Positions 37,787 through 49,657 of a DNA stretch of 64,000 nt are shown piece by piece. Under the pieces are notes generated by a model, which was not told where the DNA came from, made no database searches, and worked only from the letters and a program-made list of their open reading frames with translations. Positions within the stretch are counted from its first letter, which is position 1; each line of letters begins with the position of its first letter. The position numbers were made by a program, and so were the translations under genes. Source of the stretch: Lama glama (taxonomy: Eukaryota). The stretch lies in the NCBI GenBank assembly GCA_028534125.1, contig CM052818.1:20710001-20774000 (forward strand). Direction: 5' to 3'.

Positions 37787-40209
37787 GTAAGAAACCTGGG
37801 AAAGGAAAAGCCTCTTTTAAGTGGAGAGAGAGGATGTGTGAGCCAATGAGGAGAAACAATGAGGAAGTGAATGATAGTATATTTCAATAGTTCCAATAGT
37901 TTTTCTTAATATATTGTAATCTGGATATAGTTCCCTTCTGACAGAGGAAGCCAGCTCCATTTTACTTATTTAGGGATGTGCAGAGGCCCTCTGCTGGTGT
38001 GTTCATGCATAGCTTGAGCATGTAGCCACAAAAGGTGGTTTGCATTATTAAGAGTGTATGCCTGAGAGTTTGAATGTCATCTTCTCTCACAGAAATGATT
38101 TTGCATAATGGAAAAATTAGAACTACCAGCAGGAAACTCAGAAAAACAGATTTTCGTCTAAATCTTCACTAGCTCACATAAAACTGTCCTTTTAATATTA
38201 TAAAATCTGTAAATGGAGAGTTCTTTGGCAGTATTGAGTTTGGTAGGGAATATGTGTATTATCTTTTTCTGTTCTTTTAAAGGACATGGTAATTTAGTAT
38301 TAGTGGATTGTAAGTTTTGTATGGTTATAGAATGGAAAGCACCCTTTAAGAAAATTATTCCTCTGAACTTATTGTAAAAACTCAGACATAAGTATACAAA
38401 GACTGTAAGACTCTAACTGTATTACTCAGTAGAGTTTATTAAAACACTCTTCACATTCATGCATTTATTGCATGTCTCCAACATGTCAGGTCCTGTGTTG
38501 TTGATATGTCTGTTCTCCAAAAAGGATATGATTTAAATTGGATATAATCTTACCATGAAGCCATCCTAAAAGCACTACTGGTTAGTTTGAGAACAAGCCT
38601 AGTAAGCCTCCGTGATTTTGGAGGAACTTGCATCTCACTAACATTTCTACCCCTTTTGCTGAATTTTTGTTAGTGCCAGGAAGATAAAATTGCTGATATG
38701 TGGAGAGTTATATTTTATTGAGAGGCAAAATCAGTTAGCCAACCCAGAAATGTAAATGACTAGACTAGTTAATCAAGTGGTTTCAGATTCCTATCTTCCA
38801 GGGCCAGGCTAGTGTAATCAGGTGCAAAGAGATACAAACTGGAGATCAGAAGTCCTGTCTAAGAGGGGCAGCCACTACTCATCTCCAGTATATTATAGCA
38901 TGCAGGAGCTGTCTACCCAGACTGCTGGATCTTCCTGTTTTTGAAAAACTGGTAATCTGAATTTTTATGTAAAAAAAATTTCTGGGCCAAGCAAAACCAT
39001 CTACAGGCTACGTTGAGAAGTCCAGCAGTTTGCAAATTCTGAAGTAAGCTTTCTGTTTGGTTGAAGGCAGTCTTAGAGTTTTGAAGAAGATCTAAGGGTT
39101 TTGGGATCTGAAATTGGGGAAAGTGTCACAAACAAGCAAGAATAGTTTACTTAAAAAAAATTAAATGTATTTACCAATTTGGGGTTGGGTGGGGACATTT
39201 ATGTTAAGATTACTATTACTATTTTCTTTTTCTCTAAAAAAAAATTTCAGTTGCAACAGAATTCATTCTCTGGTTATCTATTAATAGAGGAATATATTAA
39301 ATATTAGTAAAGGAATATTTCTTCCAGTAAATGGTGGCATTGTTTGGGACTTAGAAGATCTTTTAATATCATACAGAGATTTCTTTTTGGTAATGAGGTA
39401 TGGTCTGTATTTTTTCTTAAGCTCAGCTTTTTCTATAACTAGAGCATTGGTTTTCAGTCTGTTAGTTGCTACTCATAAGTGAGTAGTGAAACTAATTTAG
39501 TAGATTGTTATTACTTTAACAAAAATGAAATAGAGAATAGGAAATAGTGCAATTTCTGTGGTAAAGGTAAATATTGTTTCATGAAATTGTCATATGTTTA
39601 TGTAACTCTTGAATATGAAATTATATATGTGTATATGTATACTGAGTTGCAAGGTAAAATATATTTCCTCCTGAGGGTCACTATTAAAAAAGTGAATTAA
39701 AAAATGATTGTGATTATGGATAGTAAGAAACTTTCTGTATTTTCTCTAAGAATGCCTCTCCTCTCCCTTATATGCAGGCCAATCGGGCATTGGCCTTTTG
39801 TCAAAGTGACCCTGGTAGGCTTTAGCCTCTGAAAATAGTCTTGGGTTGCCAGGAATGTAAAAGGCACAGGTGTGGTTAAGGACTGCATATTCTCCCTCTT
39901 TAATTTACAATCTTCTGCCTTGGGTTTTTTTGTTTGTTTGTTTCATAAGTAGATTTAGTTTTCTTTTCCACCAATTATTTTTAATAATTTATATTATCAT
40001 CTCTCTAACTTTTGCCCATCATTTTAGCAATACCATTGTAGGCAGAAATTATAAATGTAACAGGTAGTGAAATAGGATGAGAGGCTGTAATAATACATTC
40101 TGCAGTATCAAGGTTTTGGAAATCAAGGAGAGACTGAAATACCATTTCATCCTGAAAGATACTGTAGACACACAGCAATTACATAAAACCCATTCTTGGC
40201 TGAATTCAC

Positions 40210-40480
40210 CATCAAGGACATTATAGGAACAATGGTGAAACTTAAATGATGTCTGAGGGTTAGAATATCATATATCAATATTATATAATGTTACTATATC
40301 AATATTAATTGCCTGCTTTTGATGGTTATAGGAAAAGATTCTTGTTTATAGAAAATACACAATAAAATATTTGAGGATGATGGTAACTTATTCTCAAATG
40401 ATTCAGAGGGGGAAAATGTTCTTTTACCTTACTGACAACTTTTCTGTAAGTTTGAGATAGTTTCACAAAGAAAGTTTTAA
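40210..40480 (+). mobile_element. Old L1M 3' terminal fragment ending ~40 nt before exon 6
   Basis: aaggacattataggaacaatggtgaaac...actttctgtaagtttgagatagtttcacaaagaaagttttaa. Confidence 0.72.
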
Positions 40481-40519
40481 CATATAGGTCTCGTATATTA
40501 CAAAAATTTTTATTTTCAG

Positions 40520-40637
40520 GGCTGTTGCAAAGAAGGCTCATAGTACAATCCAAAAAATTAAGAAGGAAGGGAAGATGTCTGAGTGCTTGTTAAAAGCCTT
40601 GCTGAACTGTAAAACTTTTGAAGAACTAGAACATGTG
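40520..40637 (+). CDS. SRBD1: SRBD1 exon 6 (118 nt): [39 protein letters not shown]
   Basis: Acceptor TTTTCAG|G, donor GTG|GTAAGG, phase 2 to 0. Confidence 0.95.
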
Positions 40638-40754
40638 GTAAGGAACCCTTTTTATCTTTTAATGTAAATACCTTCCTGAGTATATTATGATTTGGATATT
40701 TTTATAGTTAAAGAAGAGCTGGAAATAAAAAGCTGAAGTCATCAGCCACCATCA

Positions 40755-41400
40755 TTATTTAATTCAACAAATATTCTTTATTCAATAAATATCAAATGCT
40801 TTTTTGTGTGAGGCACTAGGATTTACAAAGATGAATAATATATAGTCCTTGTCTTCAAGGAATTCCCAGTCTAGGGGAAAAGGAGAGTAGGTTACAAAAG
40901 TGGGAAGCTTAAGGGAGAATGCTGAGCTGGAGACATAGATGTGAGTATCTTCAGCATGTGGTTGGTATTTGAAACCATGAAAATGGAAGATTGCACTGAA
41001 GAAGAGTTCAGGTCAGCATAGACCATTGAAGACCACTAACTTCTGAGGCATGAGTAGAGGAACAGAGAGCCTAAGAAGAAGAAAGGATGGAAAAGAACAG
41101 AAGTATTGAAAAAATAGAGAAGTATGAAGAGAATCAGGAAATAATGACCCATAGAAGATTAAGGAAGAGAGGTAATGATCAATAGTTAAGAAATTAAATA
41201 TAGCAGGGAGTTTTGGCAAGGTAAGGACTGAAAAATGCATATTTGGTGATTAGGGGATCATGGTGGATCTTTGTGATACCAGTTTCAGCAAGATGTGTGT
41301 AAAGGGAAGCCAGATGGTGGCAGGTTGAGGAGTGAATGTGGACTAAGAAGTAGCAGTATTATGTGTTGTCATCTTTTAGAGGAGCTTGCTTGAGTTGAGG
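40755..41400 (-). mobile_element. L2 fragments
   Basis: attcaacaaatatt...ggcactaggatttacaaagatgaata; gggaagccagatggtggcaggttgaggagtgaatg. Confidence 0.72.
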
Positions 41401-41658
41401 ACTTTCAGTCCTGACAGTTTTTAGACTGACTGAATCCAAACAAATAACTAACTATAAGCATATAGAAAAGTATAAAGAACAACGTCTTCATACAGCTTGT
41501 ATTCTCTAGTTAGTAATAATTTATCTCTGAAGGAAGAGGCAGGGGTTGAGAAGAGAATGTTTTTAGAATTTTTGCGTCTTCTAATTGTGTCCTAATTTTA
41601 ACTTTTGCTTTGTAAAATTGAATGATTTGGTATCTTTTCTAACTTTTTTCCCCCCTAG

Positions 41659-41797
41659 TCAGCACCATATAAAACTGGGAGCAAAGGCACCAAAGCCCAG
41701 AGAGCAAAGCAGTTGGGATTAGAAGGAGCAGCCAGGACACTGCTTGAGAATCCAGGGGAGCTCAATCTGCTCTCTTATATTAGACCCAATGTGAAAG
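41659..41797 (+). CDS. SRBD1: SRBD1 exon 7 (139 nt): [46 protein letters not shown](G)
   Basis: Acceptor CCCCCTAG|T, donor AAG|GTACTG; Tex-like PYK...TKAQ.A..LGLE motif. Confidence 0.95.
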
Positions 41798-41822
41798 GTA
41801 CTGGCTTTACTTAGAGAGGTCA

Positions 41823-41968
41823 CTCCTCTTTCTTTCTTCCTTCCTTCCTTCCTTCCTTCCTTCCTTCCTTCCTTCCTTCCTTCCTTCCTTCCTTCCTTTC
41901 TTCCTTCCTTTCCTTTCTTTTCTTTCTTTTCTTTCTCCCTTTCTTCCTTTCTTTCTTTCTTTCCTTTC
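41823..41968. repeat. 146-nt pure pyrimidine tract including (TTCC)15 at 41837-41896
   Basis: Read directly; explains the low-complexity ORF 41719..41970. Confidence 0.97.
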
Positions 41969-44869
41969 ATTTGAAAACCACTGTTAAGAAAAGTTATTTC
42001 CTTAAGTAATGATGATACACAAGAATATCATAGCATATAAAGAATATAATATGCTAATTCTAATAAAACAAATAATTCTAAAAAACGAATCTCAATACAC
42101 CTCCTACTTAGCCATTCAGCTTTCCTCTTTTGACGAAGTGCCTGTTCTAGTCTTTTGCTCATTATTCTATTGTGTTGTTTCTCTTTTTCCTTATTAACTT
42201 ATAAGTACTTTTTAGATATCATTTCTTAGCTATATGTGTTACAAATCTTTTCTCCCTGTTTGTAACTTCTCTTTTCACTTTCTTTATGCTGTCTTTTGCT
42301 AAATGGGGCGGGGAGGGTCTTAGTTTTACTATGGTTAATTTATTAATCTTTTCAATTTTGTTCATCTTGTCTATTAAGATAATTGCTTTTTTTCTTTTTA
42401 AAGAAATCTCTTTACATCTAAGGTTGTAAAGATCCTCTCATACTGTCTTTTAAAACTTTTACTCTATTTCTAAAAATTTGTTTAATGATCAAAGTCATAT
42501 CTACTCTAAAAAGAATAACAACAATTCGGACAGACATGAATTATAAAGTGAAATCCTACTCCCAACTTCTACTCTCCAGGACCAAAGTGTTTGTCTTAGG
42601 AAGTACTTTCCTACACTTTGTGTGTGTGCACAGGAAAGAATGAATGAGAGAGGAAGACGGTAAGGGAGAGAGAGTTCTAAGAAAAACCCAAGGAAAGTGA
42701 CAACTAATACATGTCAAGGTTTATTAGTTTTATTGTCAAACTGAGCCTTGAGTGAGAGCTTTTTCAGTAAGAGTGGCTTTTTTCAAGGAGTGCTCTAATA
42801 GGATTGAATGGGGAGAGGAATGCTCTGGTGATTCCTCCTGTCACTCTAGTTCCTTTTGGCCTCTGTTCTTTAGACTGGGAAACATAAGTGTCTGCAGGGG
42901 GCAGTCTCTCATAACAAAATCCACAGGATGTACTATAGAGAACCAGCATACCAAAACCTGTATTTGTTTTAAATAATCCAGCAAATGTGAATTTGCAATT
43001 AAACAAATTGAGTATGTGTGTCTTAAAAATATGTATATCTACTTGTACATAAATACATCTTAATATCTATTTTGAAAAGGGCAGTAGTAAAAAGAAAAAG
43101 CAAATTAGTATTATTTGAATTTAGAATGGGTTGAAATGAGTAAAATTCAAGTTTGTTTAATTTTTTAATGTGTATTTTTAGTTGTATTTTCAAATGATTG
43201 CAACTTTAATATTTTAATATTAGCTGAGACTACATAGCCAAGCACTAAGTTTAGCCACAGTGGAAACTCTCTGTGCCCAGTGATCGTATGTTTTATTAGA
43301 ATTAAATGTTAGAGCTTTCAGAATGTTAGGTGCATAATGATTTATGATCTGCTTTTATTTTTCTCTTCTGGTCTGTGTCCTTTCCTTCTACTCTTCACCT
43401 CCTCTGGTACAAAGTTTTCCTTGGTTCGCTCACATACTTAGTTCCTACTAGGTAGGTTTCATAACCTTATCTCTTTCAATGGTCATATATGGTGATGCTC
43501 TTGGACAACCTGATGCTGGGCACTAGGTGTACTTCTGATAATGGGGTAGGTAAGGGCCCAGCACAGTTAGAGTAGTATTAGCACACATGTCAGGACTTTC
43601 TGTTTGCTTTTCTCCCTGTCCCTTTCACTCTGATCATAAATGTAGGAAAATTATAATCAATTCCAAACAAGCTAGATACTGCTTTTCACTTGGAATGTTT
43701 TTCCTTTCTCTCTGTTCCCTTGTTCTTTATGCTGCATACATACTCATGATCCCCCTCTGTCCTATTACTGTTTTTCTAAAGAAATATTTTCATCGTTCCC
43801 ATCACTCATCAAAGAAATATTTAAGGAACCAGATATTTTAGTGTTTTTTCCCTCATTAGAAGAAATTTTACTTACCACAGACCAACAAGAACTTGGTCTG
43901 AATCAAAAAGATATACTGTGCCACAAATAGACTACATCCTAGAAGATCCAGAATGTCCCTACGTTGTGTACAAGGAGTAGCTGTTTGCTCTGCTTTATGT
44001 AAGAGGGTGTGGCCTTAGTACAGAAAAAGTAAAGAGAAATGTTGACCCTTCCATTTTTGTTAGGTTTTGGAAGTTTGAAGGTGTGTAGCTATAAAGCTTT
44101 CACTTCAGGGCAAGGGATATGACTTTCTGGCTCTCTGGACATTATTTTCTCTTGACTTTACTGAAGTGCTAAACTTTTTGAACTCGTGTTACCCTTAGTC
44201 ATATTAAACCCCAGTGATTACTTCTCTGATGGGAAAAAGTGCATTTTCAAAACACGCAAGAGTCTTTCCCAACCCTCTCTCTCTCCCTCGTTGGCCTGAG
44301 AGAGGGGGTTTGTAATTTGGACGAGCTTTCCAAATGACTGATCATTTCTACCTCCTGTTGAGAACCATTGCTCTCAAGGTAGCTCAAGGCACCTCCCTAG
44401 TAGTGGTTTTTTTAAACTTTAAGAAGTACCAGAATCATCTAGGATGCTTTGTAAAACAATAAAATACCACACAGTCTAGAATTTATATTTTTAACAAGTA
44501 CCTGTGTGTTTTTATTTTTGTGTACTTAGATGATACTTTACAGAACATTGTTCTAGAACTCTAGCATAACTTATAATTACATACAGTTCATTGATTACAT
44601 GAGGTTTACAATTGTATCCCCTTTAATGATGTGGACTTTCCAAAGGCCCTCTGTTATAACAGCAAAATCTTTAATTTCCGCTTTCTGTTCTCTCTCATTA
44701 ATTGATCTCATTGTAGGTTCCATCTTAGCTACTGACTTCTTGCCTTGGTGTTCTCGTTAAACTTTGGATAATGATTTTGGGAGGTCCTTTTGGACTCCAG
44801 GAATTAGTGCATAGTGAGCGGTTTTCTAGGATAAAGACTGATCTAGCGAGAAAGCTAACACAAGAACAG

Positions 44870-45810
44870 ACGTTTGTTGACTGCTTGCTATGTGCCATGG
44901 CTGTTCTAACTCCTTTACACACATAGTCTTCCACCTCTCAAAGGTAATTTGTTCCTGAAAATTCCCTCATAGGGAATCTCTCTTAAAATGCAAACAGAAT
45001 TCCTATTAATTTCAGTGGCCAAATTCCTTTCTTTAAATATTCTTTGAAATAAATGCAGGTACATCACAGTTTAGTTATCATAACACAACCCAAGAAGACA
45101 TTTTCTCTTTGCTAATTACTCCATAATCTGTCCCTCTGTTCCGTTTGTCTTTTGTACCTGTTACTTGTTAAAACCATACTCTCAGAAAGACATTCTTAGG
45201 ATACTCAGTGCTTATGTAATTCAAGCTTTAATGCAAGGAAAAAAAGAAGCTTTAATGGAAATAGCATCATAGAGACAAAGGAAATGAAAGAATACATTGC
45301 AAATGATCTCTCTCAGTGTATAATTTGATATTACAGGGGCTCTAAGGTACAAGACACACTGCTGTAAATTAACAAACTGAAAGCGCTTGGAGAGAACTTA
45401 ACCTACCATCAGTAGACAGTTCAGCTGTGAAGATGAACAACCACATAATGGCTCTTGTTTTCTGCTTATATTGTAGATTTGAGAGATTCAGATGGGTCGT
45501 TGAAAATGAGAATAAATGCCTCATAAGCCAAAATAGGTGTATTAGTAAAATTACTTGCAAAGGAGAATTTTTCTAACTGGAATGAAATGGTATACCTTGG
45601 GATATGATTCTATTAATATATATTTCCTATGGCCATGCTTAATCTTTCTAAATACTTCATGAAGTAGGTACTATTATTATTCCCTTTTTATAAGAAACTG
45701 AGGCACAGAGGGTCAAGTGACTTGCCCAGGGACACACATTTGGTAGGTGGTAGAACCAGGATTAGACCATCTGACAGCTGGCTCCAGAGCTGCATTTTTC
45801 ACCACTGGGT
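44870..45810 (-). mobile_element. MIR split into two pieces (~44870-44931 and ~45639-45810) by a ~700 bp insert
   Basis: ttgactgcttgctatgtgccatggctgttcta... resumes at ttaatctttc...gaaactgaggcacagagggtcaagtgacttgcccaggg. Confidence 0.7.
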
Positions 45811-46017
45811 TACATGGTATGTTAAGGCCCTGTATTATTGGTTTTGGAGACTAGTTTTTGTAACAGTGGAAAACTAGGCACTGCTATGATACTTTTCTGT
45901 CTTAAGGTTGTCAATTTAAGGTTTTATTTTGACTGGAATACACTTATGTGTGATTATAGACTTAAAAACCGATCTGTAGATCTTGCTTTTGTTTTTCCTC
46001 TTACCCTTCTCCTAAAG

Positions 46018-46114
46018 GGCTTTCAACACTCCAGGATATTGAAACAGGAGTGCAGCATATTTTAGCAGACATGGTTGCTAAAGACAAAGACACACTTGAC
46101 TTCATTCGGAAATT
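46018..46114 (+). CDS. SRBD1: SRBD1 exon 8 (97 nt): [31 protein letters not shown](L)
   Basis: Long pyrimidine tract plus AAG| acceptor, donor TT|GTGAGT, phase 1 to 2. Confidence 0.94.
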
Positions 46115-47404
46115 GTGAGTAACTCTTAAGAGAGTTTTCTGCTTTCTGGATTCATGCTGTTAAGGGTTGCATGGTTAATGCTAACTCCAGTGTTCATTAA
46201 AAACTTTATTTTCAGACTTTTTTTTTTTAAATAGCAGAACTCTTTGTTTAAACAATAGAACCAGAATATGTAAAACAGATTAAACTTGCTTTAATTGAAT
46301 TCTGGGCAGGGAGCCTGGAACTCTGCCTGTTCACCCTCCTTACCCTGGAGCACCTCAGTGGAGGCCTGAGAAACAGAGTTTAAAAACCACTGCATTATGC
46401 AATATATGCTAGAGAGAGATTCCTAACCATTTAGAGTGGATGGCATTGCATTTTAAACATGCTGTGATGTATGTACTTAATTTTATAATATCTCATTTCT
46501 TGTTGTTTACCAGTGGTTAGGTTAACTTGAGAATGTTTAATATCAAGTACAGATAAAAATGCTGACCTCAAAATGAATTTTAACTGATGGAGAGGGCAGC
46601 TTACCCACGGTATCACAGTCCCAATTTATAAGAGTAAAACCCTTTGACCTAGACCCTACTTGGGCTTATGCCTCCTTAAAAAAAAGATACTATTTTATTA
46701 AAAACCCTGTTTTTAGGTACTCTGTCTTTCCTTTTCTTTGTGTAATAGAAGACAGGGTTTTGCCAAAGATCTGCTCTTCCCCTCTCTCCACATCTCTAGC
46801 TGTATGAGCTGTGCAGAAGCGAGGAAAGGTGGAGATGAACCAGTTGACTACTGTTGCTTCTCAGGGTTTTTGTTAAATATAAAGGAGAGAATTTTTCTAT
46901 TTTCTCAATGGCATTAGCAGGAATGAGCTGAAGTAGGAGAACTGCCCAGGTTTTTAAATATGCTTTTATAATTAATTTTACTGCTGAAATTTGGTTCAAT
47001 TTCATAAATTGTCATTGGAAGCCATCCTGACACATCATCTTGTTTCCCTTCCTTTTAGTTTTTAATTGGTTCTGACTCCCTAACTCAGTGGTTAGAAAAG
47101 GAAGATATCTAGGCTAGAGTTATTGATCTCTTGCTTAACTACGGATGGTATCTGAACTCATTTAGGCATTTTGTGGGAGGACTGGGATGAAATATAAATA
47201 GATCTGGAGCACCTAAGCTAACATGAAAAAGCTAGAAGTCCTCTTTTGATGAGTTAATAACATTTTTATAGTCGGATATCACTTTAAAAAAATCTAATTT
47301 GGTGAATCTCATTTTTTTTTTTTGCTAATCTTGTTTTCATGAAACATTTCTTTACTAACACACATTTTCACAACTACTTGTTTAATATTTGTGTATCTGA
47401 ATAG

Positions 47405-47540
47405 GTGCCAAAATAGATATATTTGTATCCAGTCATCTCTGGCAAAGGTGTCCTCAAAAAAAGTAAATGAAAAAGATGTTGATAAGTTTCAGCTCTACCA
47501 GAATTTTTCATGCAACATAAGAAACATCCAGCATCATCAG
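47405..47540 (+). CDS. SRBD1: SRBD1 exon 9 (136 nt): [45 protein letters not shown]
   Basis: Acceptor ATAG|G, donor CAG|GTAAAT, phase 2 to 0. Confidence 0.94.
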
Positions 47541-47989
47541 GTAAATAAGGAAGCTGCTTGTGCTTGTTGATGGTATTAATAGTGATACTTTGTATTTGCT
47601 TATTCCTTTGCTTACTAAGAAATTAAAGAATTTTCAAGCAACTATTTCTTCTATATATAAATCTTTATTATATTGTTATGTCCTCCCCATTTTATAAATG
47701 GGGAACTCAAGACCCACAGAAGTTAGTAAATGACACTGAGAATTATTAGCAGAACTAACAATATAATACCTCAGGTATCTTGACTTTCTTATTAGACTTT
47801 TCTTCCCAGTATGCTTGGATTTGACTCAAATTGGATCTTTTTCCATATGAAATATAAATTAGGGATATCCGATTTAGAAAAAAGTGAGAGGTCTCACTTA
47901 GTTGTATAAATCATAATCATGATACCTCAGTCTTTTAATTTCATTTTTCAGTTTACTAATTATCCTAATTATAGTTAGGATTCTCAAGA

Positions 47990-49122
47990 GTTTATCTTTG
48001 GTTCTTTTTTATAATTCTCAACTCTTTACTGATATTCTGTATTTGTTGAGACAACATTCTCCTGGTTTCCTTTAGGTCTCTGTCTATGATTTCCTTTAAC
48101 TTGCAGCGTATTTGTAAGTTGGCAGTACTGAAAATCAGATTCTATCCCCTCCCCAGCATTTGTTATTGCTGCTGTTGTGGGTTTTTGTATTTTGCTTGGG
48201 TAGCATCTAAACTATTTCTGTAGTCTGTATTCTTTCTTGTGTGTGGCCACTGAAGTCTTTGTTTCATTAGCTTAGTGGAGAACTAGTTACTTGACAGAGA
48301 TTTCCTTAATTCCTTGAGCCAAAAACCCCCCAAACTCTCCTAGTCTTGTATATTTACTCTGTTGCGGCACTCCTTCAGCAGTTAGGGAGGCTGTTTACAA
48401 CTCTGCCTTAGCCTTCACTTCCTCTTTGGGTGGAGCTCAAAAGTCAGTTAGAGGTGAAAGCTTAACGTCTTCTCAGGTCTTTGCAGAGTGTGTATTTGTC
48501 TGGTCCTGAGTGTGTACATGACCTCTTAGATTTCCTAAAATATGCAGGAACTTTAAAAAGCTCCTTTCCCCTCAGTTGTCTCATTTCCTAGCTTCTTCTT
48601 TGGGTCTGATTGATGGTTGCCATAATTGTAATCTCTTATCCCCAACTGTTATCCCTTACCCCTTTGAGACTGCAGCTAACACATTGTCTTTAAATACTTA
48701 AATGCCACCCAGGAAATGGCTTCTGTCTAGGGGAAGCTCTGAGACAGGCAAAACAAAGGCAAGCCCTTGAGCCAGTCCCTCAGGGAGCCACAAGACAGAT
48801 CACAGATTTTTGAGAATAAGGTGCATATGGCTCCCTTTGGTACTAGCAGCCTGCACCAAGAATGTCGCCCGTAATCCTCATTGCCACTGCTGAACTGCAG
48901 AGTGGGTGATGATAAGTGGGTAAGTTTTAAAAAGTGCTCTTTTACTAAAATTCTGCAGCTTCTTTCTTCTTTTAAGTGTTCCTCTGATTGTTGTAAGTTT
49001 TTGATAGATTCCAGAGTTCTGAAAAAGTTGATTCTGACAGTTTTGCCAGTTTGTCCTGTTTGTAACTTTTGTAGACAGTTGGAGTTTTGAAATTCCATAC
49101 TACACCATTTTGGTGATGTCAC
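47990..49122 (-). mobile_element. Old L1M 5' region (5' UTR and ORF1 start)
   Basis: Minus strand begins gtgacatcaccaaaatggtgtagtatgg, resembling L1M 5' ends; ORF 48727..49134 is repeat-derived. Confidence 0.7.
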
Positions 49123-49396
49123 ACCTAATAGCATCTTTAAAGTGTGATATGTATTCCCCTGTTCTATTCCGAAACCAGCATGTGGCTTTAACCTTATAAA
49201 GCATCCTTCTTTATCTTGTTTAATGCTTTTTAGCTTGAAGTCTACTTTGGTATCAGGATTACAACCTGATTTTCTTAATGGAAATTGATTCCACCCTTGT
49301 TTTAATCTTAGCCCTACAACTATATGAAGTGCTTGCCCTTAGACCTTTAGCCAAAACTTTGCAGTCTTCTTTTAGGTGATTGAAATTTCTTTTCTA

Positions 49397-49625
49397 GTCT
49401 AGTATGGAATTGGCAAAGTTTTTCTGTAAAGGACCAGGGAGAAAATATTTTAGACTTTGTGAGCTAGATGGTTCTTGCAACTACACAACTGCCATTGTAA
49501 CATGAAAGCAGTTATAGATACGACATAAATGAATGAACATGGTTGTGTTTTAGTAAAATTTTATTAATGAAAACACATGTTAGACTGGATTTGTTCCATG
49601 GGCCATAGTTTGCTAACCTCTGTTC
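49397..49625. mobile_element. MER58A-type hAT MITE
   Basis: ttggcaaagtttttctgtaaaggaccagg...aatattttagactttgtg...gggccatagtttgctaacctctg. Confidence 0.85.
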
Positions 49626-49657
49626 TTGTACACTCAGAAGATTTTACGTGTATAGTA

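Noticed and set aside
41719..41970. 83-aa KEGR-repeat ORF
   Set aside because: Translation of the (GGAA)n microsatellite.
42700..42990. Possible antisense terminal exon or retrocopy (two AATAAA on the minus strand, ORF 42764..43006)
   Set aside because: No poly(A), TSD or recognisable protein; more likely an old LTR-like remnant. Unresolved without a database search.
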